NCBI GenBank assembly: GCA_964016885.1
Contig: OZ024740.1
Location: 332,320,001-332,384,000 of the forward strand
DNA length: 64,000 nucleotides
Direction: 5' to 3'
DNA from: Eledone cirrhosa
Taxonomy: Eukaryota
The notes under the pieces are model-generated. The model saw only the letters and a program-made list of their open reading frames with translations, searched no databases and was not told the origin of the DNA. The number at the start of each line of letters is the position of its first letter. The stretch's first letter is position 1. The position numbers were made by a program, and so were the translations under genes. Shown one piece after another: positions 44,503-60,772 of the stretch.

Positions 44503-45203
44503 GTCGAGTGCTTGGCTGCACTACTGAAAACATTCGTCGGCTTAGCTGAGGCTCTGGCATCGAATATGCTGTACTTCCATTTGTATTATTATCTCCCTGA
44601 CCTAATGATTAATTAATTAATTTAATTAGACAATTCCATTGATTGGTTAATTATTTTGTTTGTTTAATAACGGCCTGGTTGAGTGCTTAATTCAGTTTGT
44701 GTATGGAACTTTTTCCATTTTTCATAATTTGAATTTGACCGGAGTTAGCTCCCTTTGGAGTAACATGTGCCCACACAACCGAATTTGGTGTCAGAACGGA
44801 AAGCCTGTTGAGAAAGTAAATCCACTGTTCGAACCTCCAGGAACTGAATTTACACACACTGCAAGCGGATTTTGTTGATTTCGGATTTACAGAAACCTAA
44901 CTGAGATATTGCAAAATATTCGAGGTGATGGTCCAGGTTTGTTATATGTATGTATATGTGTGTATATGTATATATATATGTATATATATATATACACACA
45001 TTTTTCTCACGAGTCAGTTCTTTCGTTGCTACGGACCCCGGCTGAATTACCGGTCGCTGTCTTCATTTTGCAATGCCCTTTAAACTGTATATTATTACTC
45101 TGAGGTCCTATACCTTGTCGAGTGCTTGGCTGCACTGCTGAAAGCATTCGTCAGCTTAGCTGAGGCTCTGGCTTCGAATATACTGTACTGCCATTTGTAG
45201 TAC
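44503..45203 (+). mobile_element. PLE-type relic with direct repeats of about 83 bp (44503-44585, 45117-45199)
   Basis: The second repeat is preceded by a decayed HHR (CTCACGA at 45006 ... GAAtt-ACCGG-TC at 45055) and a TACTC...GAGTGCT hairpin at 45096-45126. Confidence 0.6.
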
Positions 45204-47205
45204 AATATATTTTATGTATATTGTTCGTATATTATATTACTTTTTAGGTGACACAGTATGTTGTTTTGTTCTTATTTATCTGAAGCTTCTTGCAAGTAAT
45301 TCAGTGATATACTTAATTCAACTCAATTATTTGGAACAATCCTACAAATTATCTACCGCTAAAATCATCTTTGTATTGCTATAGGGAAAATAAACACAAA
45401 TCTATTATGGAAAATATTTGTTATATTCAAAGAAAATTATCGAGTAAGTATGAATCAGTGTGATGTATTCATTACAAATATTCTCAAAGTCATGGAGTAC
45501 GGGTTATGTTTAAGTTACAAATATAAAAAAATAAAATGTTATCAAAAGCATTGATACACACACGATGGAACTATCAGTAGCTATTTAGATGAATTACTAA
45601 AACTACTTCATATTATTCATTATGTCTCTCTCTGTCTATTTATTTTTCTCGTTTTTTCTTTCTCTCACTTTCTCTAGCTTCTATAATAAGAACTATACTA
45701 TATAATTTCTTAAATTTCACTGATGACTGAATCACGTCTAGTTTGTATAACATTGCGTTTAGAAAATGTTGATACACGCCCGGCGTTAAATGTCGTATTA
45801 ATGCACTTTATGGACAAACGGCAAACAATTGTTACCTCTCGGACTGATGTGTCAACTTCGTCAGAACGAAGTTTTTATTAAGTTAAGATTCCCGCTGTTT
45901 CTCAATGTTAAAGAGGGTATCTAGTATTATCTATAGCTTCCTTCTACGTTTTCTATAACTGGAAATTGACCCCATAGTGGTATTCTATTTCAGTTCCACA
46001 ATATGTACTGTTATGTGTATTGTGTTATACTATCATTTAGCCTACAACATATGAAACTTGAGGAGCTTAAATAATAGTAAGTATAATTGTTGAGACACTT
46101 TGTTTTTATTACTACAGTAAAAATTGAATAAATTTCCACTTTGATTTGCTCAAAACCTCTTCTTTTTGAATTTCTTACATCTGAATGTAATTTAAAACAT
46201 GTCGAGCCTTATACGAAATAATAATGTTTTACAGTTTATTTGACACATAGATCATAAATGTTGTATGATTCGTGAAGCAAATGCATCTTATAGAATAGAG
46301 AATACGTCATAAAAACGCCCATAAAAAACATTTCAACATTAAGCTCACCTAACCTCAATCTAACAGTGTGAATATATTACTAAAACACCAGAATTAAAAT
46401 TTATATCGCTTTGTTTTTCCATATGTGTGTTAAAGAATAATATACTTCCTCCTCAACGTAAAGTGCAATATTCGTAATTTTCTGCCAGCTTGTAAATAAA
46501 ATAAGTGAGCTTTGTATTCGGCTCAGTTGGAAATGCAAATATTGGACAATTGGAAACTAAATATTGGTAGAATATAAAATATTTGTTAATTGTAGTGACA
46601 GAAAATAATTGACGGTAATTTCTGCCAAATAATCGATACTATTTCTTCTTCTTCTTCTTCTTCTTCTTCTTCTTCTTCTTCTTCTTCTTCTTCTTCTTCT
46701 TCTTGAAAATATACTGTTAGATCTTAAGGAATATATAATAATCAAGTGATCGTGTTATGACTAGGCGAGTAAAGCTCGCATGTAGTAAAAGCCTAGTAAT
46801 CATCTGTCTGGGAAAATTACCAAATTGGTGGCGTGAATAAGTCGACCAGAAACTATAGTATGGTAAGATACAATAAAAAAAATCAGCTTGTATCGTCCTT
46901 CACGTGGGGCAAGAATGCATGCGTTAAGGATTTACGAAGTGAGGCTGTTTAAAGTGTTTCCTGCGTATCAGAATAATAATAAAAAATAACACTAAGATCG
47001 CGAATATATTGTAATCTTTATCCAATTTTGTACAAACTGTTGATGGACCAATGACATGTCATGGGAGACGTGTATTGACGTATAAAAGCGCGTATTACAA
47101 TCTCACAGCAGGTCGAGAAGGCGAGGAAACTTCAACAATTACTTGCCAGTAGAAATTCTATTTTGAAGACATGGGAAGCTAAATATTAGTTTGAAAGCCT
47201 AAAAT

Positions 47206-47390
47206 AATTGTTTCTACTTTTGGCACAAGGCCAGCAATTAACCAGTGCATTACTGGTACTTTATTTTATCGACCACGTAAGGATGAATGGCAAAGTTAAC
47301 CTCGGCGGATTTGAACTCAGTCCGTAAAGGGACGTAACTATACTGCAAAGCATAGCGTCCGACCCTCTAAAGATACTGCCAATCCACGAT
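47206..47390 (-). mobile_element. tRNA-derived SINE
   Basis: Same family as 21014 and 40653; B-box GAGTTCAAATCC. Further decayed copies at about 38505-38617 (minus) and 3890-4015 (plus). Confidence 0.8.
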
Positions 47391-47449
47391 GATGAAAACC
47401 TTTACCGATAGTGTCAATAATAATGTAACTTTATAAAACATCGGTTGAC

Positions 47450-47571
<122 letters not shown>

Positions 47572-48306
47572 ATTTGATGCGTAGAATGTAATTTTATATC
47601 AAACGTGGGTGTGAAATTCGATAAAAGGATGAAGAGCTCGTGAGTTTAATATCGAATAATAATATTATTCGATTCGTTTGCAATATCACGATGGTATATA
47701 AATAGTTGAAAATACAGGGGTTAAAGACATGAGAACATGTATTGGTTATAATTGTTTCAGAAGCATAAGGGATATATATTAATTGTTTGTTATATAATTA
47801 TTACAGACACCACAAAATGGGTGCCATTCTGAACTCTATCCACATCAATCTAAAATGGACGAATTTGTGTTGGTAATTAGAGAGAAATCTATGCCAAATT
47901 CTATATTCTATGCAGCATTAGATAAATATTAATAAGCAAGTCATTAGCAATTGCTTATAAAGAAATATTTACAAACTGCCCACACATTGCTAGATGTACA
48001 TTCTAGCACATACTGAACTCCTACCTATATTAATATACATACTTAAACATATTACTTCACAAATACGCCTACGCTCTGTCTTCAACACAAGAAATAATCG
48101 AAAGAAATGAACAAACAATAATTGTTTATATAAATCGATACTACATATAAAAGAATCAGTGAAAGGAATGACATCCCGGAAACTTGACGTAAAATATTTA
48201 CACTAAAGTTACAGAAAAAGTTTCAGTATATAACAATACGCACGCATTATGATCTTTGAGTTGAAAAATTCGACATTGGGTTCTCAATGCAGTAATTCAT
48301 CTCCTG

Positions 48307-48370
<64 letters not shown>

Positions 48371-48416
48371 CATCTCTTGTTTATTATATCTATATATGAA
48401 CATAAGTATATATGAA

Positions 48417-48467
<51 letters not shown>

Positions 48468-48558
48468 GCACACACAGAGAAACACACACAACACACATAC
48501 ATACACACTCATACACACACACACATACACACTCACACACACACATACACACACACAC

Positions 48559-48624
<66 letters not shown>

Positions 48625-48939
48625 CAAGCGAAGTGACAGAGAAACAAAAAATGATAAGAAGCAGAGAGTTGGCAACACGCGTGGAGTGTTTTCTATGACT
48701 TGTCTTTTGCAAATGAGCTTCAGAAGGCTAAAGACTTAAGTATGTGCATGGAAACGAGTTAAAGTAAGGTAGCGGAGTAAGCATGAATCGTCAGTTTAAA
48801 ATCAAATTCATGTTAATATAAAAGGTATGTGTACCCTAAAAGTAGGTGTGTGGATGGAGGGGGTCGGTGTAAGAGGAACAGGGGTGGTGAGTCAAATGTG
48901 AAGGATTGTAATTGGAAAATAAATGTTTGCTCAGTATTT

Positions 48940-49200
48940 ATTCAATACAGGTTTTTCCTTTACTGAAGACAGACACCAAACATTTACATGTAGAATGTCT
49001 GGGGGACTGAAAGTGAGAAAAAATAAGGTTATCATTTCGGAGACGGGTGTCACAGAGGCCTTTGATGAAGTGATCTGCTAACCAGTGACCAGCCTGGCTG
49101 TTGCAAAAAAAGACATGACATAAAAAAGCAGTGTAAGAGGTAGATGGGATTAATAGGTGTAGTGAAATGTTGAAGTTATGGCTAAGGGAAGTGGTGTTAG
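48940..49200 (-). pseudogene. Decayed GIY-YIG endonuclease fragment of a different PLE clade (Neptune/Poseidon-like)
   Basis: SQAGHWLADHF..LCDTRLRND..SHFQSPRHS resembles GxTGRxLxDRFxEHLxD...HF...HS. Confidence 0.5.
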
Positions 49201-51139
49201 TCATGAATGGACAGGTGTGGAAAAAGGGTCCGAAGCAAAGGTGGAAGTTGGGTGTGGTGTGATTTGAGGAATGATAGAAAGACCAGAGAAACCAGATTGA
49301 GGAGGAAAATGAAGGATGGGAGGATTATTAGCAAAAATGGTGGAGGGCGTTGGTTACAGAATTGGTGGGGCAGAATCCGTGCATATTCTTACGACAGATG
49401 TACATTCGCACATACATACATACACAAACATACACACACATGCACACACACACACAAAAAACACACACACACACACTCACACATACACACGCACATACAC
49501 ATATATATATATGTTTTAGAGATGCATTTAGATATCTAGGAACCATACTTTTCCCATTGGTATAAGACAAATATATATCGATTAAGAACCTTCAATAACA
49601 TAAATAGATTCTTCAGAGGATCTGTCGTATTCTTCGAATAGTTTAAACGTTTCGAAGCTGAACTACGGTTCAATACTTCAGATCAACACTATAGACAATT
49701 ATAACCAATGTAAAACAATCTATTAAACTCTTTGTGTCAACATGTGTCGTTACTAGATATGAGAACAGGAATAATTGATCTTTATATATAACAAATCCTC
49801 TGCAATAAAGAGAACAGCCAGCACCGTAAGCGATTGTTAATATTATTGTTTAGCACAAGGTAGCAATAATCCCGCCAACATATTTTAAAATGCATTCTGT
49901 TATGACCAGCTTTTCCAATATGCGGATGGCTGTGTTGACGAAGATGTTGCTGCTAAATCTAGCAGAACAAACGGACATAAAGATGCTCCACTATGAGCTC
50001 GTTCAGAGGCATATTTATAGAATTCACTTAAATAACTAAAACAAACTAAAGAAGTATTGAACCAAATACTTGTGATCATTGTCTATGTATATAAGATATA
50101 GACGCAAAAAGTAAATCTAGTAGTTTGTGCTTGACATTATTTGCATAATAGCGACACATAAGTCATAAGAATAATTCACTATTGTTCTTGATTCGCAAAT
50201 TGTGATTTAGATGCTAGCAACAGAATGATTTTGATGTCTGTCAGTCGCTAGGTAAAAAGTAAAATGCTGTAAATATTAGGTCGACAATATTTCCTCGAAC
50301 AATACATGCAAATCTTATACAAAAATTTCATTACCGCAAATAGATGTCGAAGTCGAATTTTATTGGGAAGAATTCGATTAAGAAATCATTGTTAACAATA
50401 AGATTTGGTTTGTAAATGAACATAAAAAGTAATCTGATGCTTTCTCGAACAATGTCCGCCAGCCGAACTGATCACAAAAAGCACTTAATGATGTGGTATT
50501 CAAAGTCTGTATCATGTGTATGTAGATGTATGAGTAAATGGCCATTCTAAACGTTATGGTTATTATTTCTTTCCTTCATGTTTTTAATTGAGTTTCGAAA
50601 GGCGGAATCACTTTATTACCGGGATGTATTGCTACAGTCTATTTTAATTAATAGTTGAAAGATCGTTCGATATATGAAAGTATTTCCAACAAGAAATATG
50701 AAAATAAAGGTCAAATTATTCTCGGCAGAGCTGTTGAGCTAAAGAAATCGGTGCAGTTGGCGGATAACGATATGGCCACCGGATATGATGGTGAGTTGCG
50801 ATATAAGCGGGCTCATGCCGGACGAATAAGCGACCTCGAATCAAAAGCGTTAAGCTAGAGATAGCGAAATAGATGACACTGATAGTTCTAAAGAAACTCT
50901 CACAACCTATTGATGTAGCCACGAAAAGGGGGGTAAAGGCTCCCTCTGCAAACGCCTAGTGTTCATGGGTCTGAAAAAAGCAAGAAATTACACACTAAAA
51001 TTATAACATAACACACTAAAATTATAGCGTCATTCAGCATCGTTCATTGCGTAGGATAATAAGGGTGTCGTTCAGGCTTTTGGTAGAGGAGACTGTTCTC
51101 AAAAGTATGGTGCAGTCTACATTCTACGTTGCACCTATA

Positions 51140-51650
51140 TATTCTAAGTGCAATAGAGTCCGATGATTAACCTCACAGATGCTGAGATCACCAGAGCAAT
51201 AAAGGAAATAAAATATGGCAAAGCCAGATTATGAAATTCGACCCGAAATCCTAACATCCTTAAATAAAGACTGCATTCTCTGCCTGACTCGTGTATACAG
51301 GATGCTCTGAATATCTGCAACGATACATAAGCAGTGGAGATCCGGAGTGATAAACCCAATTTCCAACAATGGAAACAAGGAAGCTTGTTCAGGTTATAAA
51401 TGATCTACTTATTCAACCTCACCGATGACGTCTAGGCTATGTGTCCGACAAAGAGATGTAGGGATATGGTCGTGCTCATGCTAGTTGACGAAGTGTATGA
51501 AGCAACATTACATGCTAAAATGCGTAGCTGGTAAATCAGAGTGTCGCTTCTCCATACTGAGAAATCAAAGCTCCGTGACAACGGACAAGGGGTCAGAATG
51601 TTTAAATAGAGAATCGCTGAGCAGATGTTACGGGCAAAAGCAACAGCCAG
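51140..51650 (+). pseudogene. Decayed LINE reverse-transcriptase-region fragment
   Basis: LTDAEITRAIKEIKYGKA...EI.PEIL resembles the conserved pre-RT motif (E+..AI..LK.GKA.G.D.I.PE+L); many stops and frameshifts. Confidence 0.45.
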
Positions 51651-54502
51651 GAGACACTGACGTAGACCCCGAGCAAAATATCATACATGAGCTCGAATGA
51701 AGAAGGTCAAATTAAAGTGAGAATATATGGGATTAGGTGTCATCATATTGTCAGTATTATTTACTTTATTTCACACCACTTATGTATCTACCTCAATGTT
51801 GATTGAGCATATATATATATATATATATACAAAGGCAATGACATCGTGATTGTTCCGTCTTTTCTCATAAGATGGTTTGCGTCGTTTAGATTCCGATTAA
51901 GATATTCCTACTGTTGTTGATTTTATTTAGAGGAAAAGATTATAATATATATATATGTTCAAATATATTGTTATTATAATGTAAATGTGACCCAAAACCA
52001 GTTCATATGAATTGTTTTCCACGGGCAATTATGGTTCGCGAACTTTACTTTTTGTTTTGTTATAAATCATACTTGTTCATAATTCTCTAACTTAAATTTG
52101 AGCTTTATTTTGTGATTGACCAGCATTGCACACACAAAAACATATATGATTTACCAGATACCTACATACATAAACACATTCTGTCTCCCTGATATATAAC
52201 ACACACACAAACACACACATATAAAAACACACACACTCAACCGCACACATACACTCACTCACATACATATAGATATATGGCTAAATTCTAACCACGGAAC
52301 CACTATATCATCGCTAGAGCTGCCAGACAGAGTAATTCAAATCTCCTCATTGGAAAGTGTTGGCCAAAGTACATCATCCTCGAATAAATCAAGACGTCAT
52401 TATTTTGTGTTCCCTTGAATATTAGTCTATTCATCACCATTAACTTGATGATATACATGAAAAGCACTAACAATTATCGTGCGTGTAATAGTTCCTGTTA
52501 TGTAGTTTCGTATTTCTTCATGAAAAAACACTTACCCTTAGAGAAACAATGGATAATGGAATTGCTCCCAAAATATAAGATATATTTCGTGTCCTTTACA
52601 AATCTCACCGAAAATTAGAAAAAGAAAATTCGTCACGAAATAGAGTCATCCACGTCCCACATATCTTCATGCATGCTTCTTAATCATGGCTCTGTAATTC
52701 ATATTGGTTGCGTGACACAACATTTTCATAGTACCATTTTAGAAAAATAGATAAAAATACCTTATGAGAGGAGAATTCAATAACAAGAAAACAGCAAACA
52801 AATCTTTGGAGTCCTACACTAGTTAAAAACATTTCTGAAAAGTATTTCTGTATTTCTAAATTTTAATTGAAGTTTTCATTGCCATTTTTAAATATTGTCG
52901 TAAGATTGGGGGAGAAATCTAAGAAAGAAGGAAGTATAGAGCTAAAACACATTGAAAAAAAAATTGTTTTGTAAAAACTGAAAATTGTTTTTAACGATAA
53001 AAGAATGGCCTACTATTTTCGTTTATATATTTATGTGTCTTTTTTTTTATTTATTTACGTGTTGATTTATTTATTTCCAGCTATCTATATAGTACTGATA
53101 CTGATACTCACACAGGCAATTTATAATCCCAGCATTAATTTCGTGTATGTAGGTTTGTTCATGTGTGCGTATGTGTTACGTGCATGCGCGCGTGGGTGTG
53201 TGTACGTCTGCATGCTAAGAAGTGATACGTACAGGAGATCACCTGGCAGGTGCTTTTGCAATTTGGTTAAGATTTCTAGTTTAAATAATTTTTCTTATGC
53301 TACCCATGTCAAGATGCAAAATATATAATTCCTTTATTTTATGAATGCGTGACTTTGTCATTAATTAAATTAACAATGTTTTATTAGTGGCTTCCATAAT
53401 GAATGATGGATGTAGTGAAAACATATAAGCATCTGACACGCACAGTTCACCATTTCTTGATAAAGCTCTTTTCGATCTACATTGATTCTGAAGCCCACGA
53501 GAATTACACATTTTTCTGTCTCTAATGTACACGGATTTTGTGTTTAATCAAAGTTAAGGAATCCGTATCATAGTGTTGTATTTAGTGAACCATGAAATGT
53601 AGAGAAAAGAACCCTTTGAGCAAATGTTATGACTGTGATGCATTTCATATCATAGTAATAAGATATTTTAATTTGGAAATGGGTTGACCTTTACTTACAA
53701 CTTTATATCATTGAAATAACAGCATATTATTTAATTGTATTATACTGAAGTGATTTATTGATAGTCTGGCATTGCTACTATATCACTGATGGACGCCTCT
53801 TCTATTGAAATGAATAAACATCGGTAGAATAATTCTTTATGACTTCAAATGAAAGCATAATAGTAATAACCAATTGGCAAGATCATCCATTATTATATGT
53901 ATATATAGAACAACAAAATATCTGAAACTACTGAGAAAGTTTGATGCTGTATTTATGGTAAAGACGTACTTTAGTATGCGCATTTAAGTAGTTCATTTTT
54001 GTTTTATAGATATCAATTATTTACATTTCAGAGGTTGTTTTAAAATAAATTCCAGCGAGCCGGAACAAATTAATTGAAAAACTAAATCGGTGATTTGGGG
54101 GTACGCTTTTGGTTATTGTGGCATATGGGATTTCGTTGAAAATGATATACGGTGCTCAGAAAAGTGACGCAGCTAGCAACCTTAAAGATATTTTAATACG
54201 TGACATCTTTCATGTTAGATTAAATTTAAAATTGTACGGGTACTGCAATGTACCGATACCGCAACATTGATGTGTCATACAGGCTTTCAGATCAAAAGAG
54301 TAGATTGCCTAGGGCATCATTATAGAGAACAAATAATTAATAAGAAAGGAGTATCATTGATATCAATATGCCCATTAATGAGTTGATAGTTGGATTGGTT
54401 TCTATTCTGAATTCTGAAAGATAAATAATTATCAGAAATGGAATATGTGTAAATGACTGTTCCCTTCCGCTTTCACTCTCTTTCTTATTATATATATATA
54501 TA

Positions 54503-54765
54503 AGGATGAAGAACTCAAGCTGTACGGGAGCCTCCCAATAGTCAGCTCGAGAGTAGCACAGAGGAGACTGATGTTAGCTGGACATGCTCAGCGACATCCA
54601 GAGTGACACTGCACTCAGAGCTCCTGCATGGACACACTAGAAGAGGGAGACCGAGGTTGACATATGTTGATGCCCTAAGGACATACACTGGTCTCTTGGA
54701 GACGCAGGGCATGGCAGCGATGATGAGAGACAGAGAGAACTCGCCCATGGACTTGGGAATTTTAC
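54503..54765 (+). mobile_element. RTE-clade LINE 3' fragment, not inverted
   Basis: [36 protein letters not shown]; same family as 23008-23427. Confidence 0.88.
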
Positions 54766-54777
54766 TCTCTCTCTCTA

Positions 54778-55345
<568 letters not shown>

Positions 55346-55399
55346 AGTGTTGAAGTTTGTTTGAAGCATGCTAGGATAGGAAAAAAGTGTCGTTTTTTA

Positions 55400-55915
55400 A
55401 AGCCTCTACAATAGAGATGGACAAATATCCAGTTAATAAAATCAGATGGCAGTGGGAAGAAATGGGATACAAGAAGAAGAGAGGGAAAGAAATGTAAAAT
55501 GAAATGAAATAAAAACCAGAGATGAAGTTACCTTTTAATCGATTTAATAATCCCTATATTTCGGATTTCTCATGCATCATGAGGGTGGTGGTGTCCGAAG
55601 GAAGTTGTGAGATTGTCGGAGAGGAATCTTCGTGGACTTGTGATGCTAGTGTCCGTGTCTGTCTGACACTGACACTGACACTAGCTTCACGCGGCCACAT
55701 AGATTCATTTTCGACAAATCTCCGAAGTTTCTTCGGATTCACTGATGATGGATGAGAAATCCGAAATTTACACAATAATAAATCCATTCCAAGGTAACAT
55801 CATCTCTAGTTTTTATTTCTTTTCCTGCTTCCTTTATTCCTCTTTTATCCCCTCTCTTCCTACTGCCACCGGATTTTGTTACCCGGAGACGTATACATCT
55901 GCATTGTAGAGGCTT
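55400..55915. mobile_element. Older fold-back element with a decayed minimal HHR in each arm
   Basis: Arms about 55400-55583 / 55742-55915; plus CTGATGA-tGGATgagaaATCC-GAAA-TTTA; minus cc-CTCATGA-tGCATgagaaATCC-GAAA-TATA-GGG. Confidence 0.72.
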
Positions 55916-55935
55916 CCAAAACCGACCATTATTTA

Positions 55936-56051
<116 letters not shown>

Positions 56052-56179
56052 TACCAAAATATAGGCTAGTGTCCAATCCGTATGAAGAACTCAATGTAAT
56101 CCAAATATCATGAAAAGCGAAGAAGTAGTCAAACATTTTTTTCGATGAAGATCACAGGAAAACAGAGTCAAGATCAGTT

Positions 56180-56552
56180 AATAAAAATATTGAACAAAAA
56201 CAAAGAAACAGTTCCATATATTAACATTTCTTTTAATATAAGGAACTGTTTCTTTGTTTTTATTCATTGTTTTTATTAATTTATATATATATATATGTAA
56301 CAAAGAGGGTGTGGTAAAAAATCAGGTGGACCAGAACACACCCGCCGAGTACTCAATACTTAGAATAGTAGTGTGGTTAATAGGAAAAGAGTTAGGACCC
56401 CGACGGCTGAGCTCCAGTTGCATCGTCAGCTAGATCCGAACAGTTCGGATCTAGTTGACGAAACGGCTGGAGCTCAGCCGTGGGTGTCCTGATTCTTTTC
56501 ATCTCGGAGGGTGTTTTTCGTTATTTCGTGGGCCGAAATGCGATTCTCGATA

Positions 56553-56595
<43 letters not shown>

Positions 56596-56803
56596 GAAGT
56601 AAATGTGGTAAGGAACCAAGTGGACCATAACGCACCAAAGTACTCAATACTTGGAGTAGTAGAGTGGGTAATAGGAACGAGTAGGAACCCGACGGCTGAG
56701 CTGAAGCCGTTTCGACGGCTAATTCTGGACTAAATCTGGACTAATTTAGTCCAGAATTAGCCGTTGAAACGGCTTGAGCTCAGCCGTCGGGGTCCTACTC
56801 GTT

Positions 56804-56805
<2 letters not shown>
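56180..56805. repeat. Cluster of three fold-backs: 56180-56278; diverged 139-bp family 56298-56500; 139-bp family 56593-56805
   Basis: Inverted arms read directly; separated by (TA)n. Confidence 0.85.
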
Positions 56806-56868
<63 letters not shown>

Positions 56869-59800
56869 TATATACACAAACACACACACGTATCGCTGTG
56901 TGTGTTGTGTGTTTGTGTGTTTTATGTGTGTACATTAGTGTGTACATTTGTGTGTTTGTATCATATGGAGATGCAAAGACATACATCGTTCTAAACGGGT
57001 GTACAATGATGGACTCATGTCTTTTTATTTCGTAGTGTAATATTTATTAGCGTGATATTATTTTTCTACTCAAATTTAGATGGAAACACTCTAAATCGAT
57101 ATTAAATTCCAGAGATGGGAAGAGTATGATAGAAGATGTGTTATCTTGAATTAGGATTTCTGTTATTAATAAAGGACTGCAGCATGTCCACTTCTTTCAA
57201 TTCTTCCTATATTAAAGAATGCATGAAAAGAGTTTGTCACAAATATTTATTTTTTCATGCGATTTATAATTTGCATAGCACACTGCCGTTACATTTTCCT
57301 TTAGTCTTATTTAAATAAAACAATATAATGCTGTTAAATTCATTTCTCATTCTTTAACGATCTAACATAAAATTCATTAAAAACAAAGGTCACTCTACTT
57401 GTCCTTGATCAGGGCAAATGATTTGATGAAAGAATAATGTGAATGTTTGTCATTAAATTTTATACTTTCATTTATGTATTTATATTTTTGTGGAGAGAAA
57501 CATCGTGAAAATTATATTAGTTTTACTTTGTTTTTTAACTCCTCATTTTATAAATTTATTATGTGCATAATTTCATTATTCTCCCAGTGAGGCCATTTTT
57601 GAAAATTTACAACCTACACCTAAACGTCATTGCTTTATAACAACATTCCTTTTAATTTCAGCATTTTCAATGTGTGTTACGGTGATATTAACAGCTACCG
57701 CTTTTGATTTAATTTCCTTTTTATTTCAAAATCAATTAAAACACACCATTAAGATCTGTTTTGTTTCTTTATCCTCTATAAACACTCGTGAAACGAAGAT
57801 AGCGTTAAGGTTATGATTACTAAAATCATTAAGAGACGAACCAACTAATGTTCAAGGGAACTAATGAGCAGCTATTATTTGAAGTCTATTTGTCAAGTTG
57901 GTATTCTTTTATTCAATAAATATATATAAAAAATATTAATGACTATCAGAAAAACTCATTATGTAGTTGACTGTGCAAATCAGCACTAAAATCCACTGAC
58001 TGGTCTCCTAACTACTATTCTCTGTAGTCTTCCGACATGTAAAGAACACAAAAAGCATCGATTTAATTGTCACAAATACCGAGTAGTATAATTACCCAGT
58101 TCTCTAAGGTCCTGCATTCAACTGGCACGACATGTCTACACTTAAATAACCGGCGATGAGTTAGTTGCTAGTGTCCATTAAACAAAATGTCACCTGTCCC
58201 AAAATATACAGTCAAAAAGAAGCATAAACCAAGTATACATTAATGTTCGCATGGAAATACTACTCCCTTCAATTTATGTTTATGATTTCGTATTGATTGC
58301 ACTATAAAATTTATATCGACCAGAAGCCAGTGGGGTTATTTTATGCATTTGTTGGAACAATGGAAATATTAGTCTTAGATTAATGATATTTTCCTTCACC
58401 ACAGTTTTAAATGTCTAAACATTAATTTAATATTTGGTACATTTTTAGTTGCAGGAAAAGACTTTAACACGAGGTTACCTAAGTCGTACTGTTTTATTCA
58501 TTGTCCTTTGCATGTTGACACTACATAGATTGTTGTTTTTGACCCATCTGTCTGTTAACGATGTCTCAACTATATCTAATTACTCTTCAAAACCATGTGT
58601 TCAGCTATTGATGCTGTTCTAGTGATTAGTCGGTAATTAATTGTAATTTGATTTACCTATTGTAACACGTCTTACAAGTGTGAGTATATCTTCATAATGT
58701 CATTTTAAAATTGTAAATTTGTAGCTTTTTGACAAATACAAAGTAATATTGGTTGAAATGAGAGTATTATATAAATCCGTGCCTTATTAAATATCGTCAA
58801 TTTATACCAGATTACCTTGGATCACAAAGTGTTTGGTTCAGCTGGTCCAATTCAATATACATATGTATGATAGTTCTCCAAATATTACCGATTATTCTTC
58901 ATTTCACTGATTTTCAATGTAGCAACAACACGTATCAACTGCCATTTCAAAGATTCGTGTCTAACGCACTCATTGCCATAATACTGTTTTATTTCATTGA
59001 AAACTCAGAGATGATTGGTTGACTACATATAATTTGATTCTCCAGCCATTCTAGCTAAATATGACAATGTATGTATGATGCACTCACTCATATATTTCAC
59101 TGAAGTTTTATCAGGTAAATCCATTCAGTAAGCACATAGTGTCCGTTATATGGACAAGAGAACCACTTTAATTTATTTTATAATGTTACACTTTAAGAAG
59201 GAATGGACGTTCAGCATGTGTAATAATCTAATAATCGCTGTTGTTGTATATCCTAAATACTGCTTCACAGTGTAACCTATGAAATGAACCGTTTGAAAAT
59301 GTAGCTGAGTTCTATTAAGAGAAGAATATATAAGCACATATGTATGCACATATAGCACGCTTATACCTACATGCACACATACATAAATGCATATATATAC
59401 TGTTATATATATATATATACCCCCCCCCCCCGCACATATATATATATATGTATACATATATATATAATTATATTTGAGTCTTCCAGGTAGAAGAAGAAGA
59501 AGAAGAAGAAGAAGAAGAAGAAGAAGAAGAAGAAGAAGAAGAAGAAGAAGAAGAAGAAGAAGAAGAAGAAGATATTATTCGTGGTAGAAAATACGATTTC
59601 ATTAAATAAGCGTAATTCGAATTATAAGACTCAATTACCGATATCGTCTGAATTTTGAAACGTGGTGTGTTGGGTCTATTTCTTGGTACGTGACTGATAT
59701 AACTTTTAAGATCTCTTTTATGAATACCCATTATAAGACTTCTTTTACCTTCTCGACTTGACATCGCTATAGGAAGCATTATAAGTAATTATCTTCTATT

Positions 59801-60716
59801 ACCAAATACATTAAGTGCATATCTCAAGAAACTTGGTTAAACTGAAATTCGTTTGATTTCCTCTTGCCTGAAATGTAGAACATGTTTACCAGATGATTCT
59901 CTCATTATATAATAAATGTCTATCAATTATATTCTGAAGGTGCATGTTAAATAACCTAAAATTAAATATTACCCGCTTAGCATTTCTAAACATGAGACAG
60001 ATTTTGGATGGAGCCTGTAAGTGTTCAAACTAATATTTATAAGAAAAAAAAGCTCTAATTCTTCTTCAAATTATAACCTACCTTCTTTGTAAAACGAAAT
60101 AGAACTTCTTGGTAGATATTAATAACTGTGGCGCATTAAGGAATATGTTTTATTGTTTATATCCAATTAAGTTATTTGTTTGATTCTCGTCTGTGTCAAT
60201 GGTTGCTTCTAATTTATGTAGCCGACAAGCTAAATAACATTCTACAAATTCTGGATGATGGGTTATATATAATAATCGTATACTATTGCGGTCTCCGTAT
60301 GTGATGTTTTCTTTTTGTATACTTAGTGGTAACGGGAAAGAATATTTTGTCAACTCAACTATAAATGGTGAATAGTTTAGACAATTTCAGGTAGGGTTTC
60401 GGAAATACTTAGAGAGGATAATATTGAAATTGTCTGAATTTTATAAAACTAGTAAGTATATCGAATGTTACAAATAATTGAAGGGTCACAGTTCCGATAC
60501 TACGGACATGTGATAACCAAATCCCAGCAAAGAATCTCTAGACAGATCTTACGGTCAACACTAACCAGCAAGAATCCTAGGTGTAGACCTTGAACATGAT
60601 GGTTGGATGTTATCCAATCATCATGCTCGGGATTTCACTTGGGAATCCAGTCAGACCAATTGAAGACGGTGGAACCTATCAAGACGCGCTGGTAGTTGTG
60701 ATTAATGACTCCAAAC

Positions 60717-60767
<51 letters not shown>

Positions 60768-60772
<5 letters not shown>

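Noticed and set aside
49640-49690. HHR-like traces on the minus strand here, and at about 18470-18512 and 56140-56172
   Set aside because: GAAA-type 3' halves are present but the 5' core and stem I are too degenerate to support a call.
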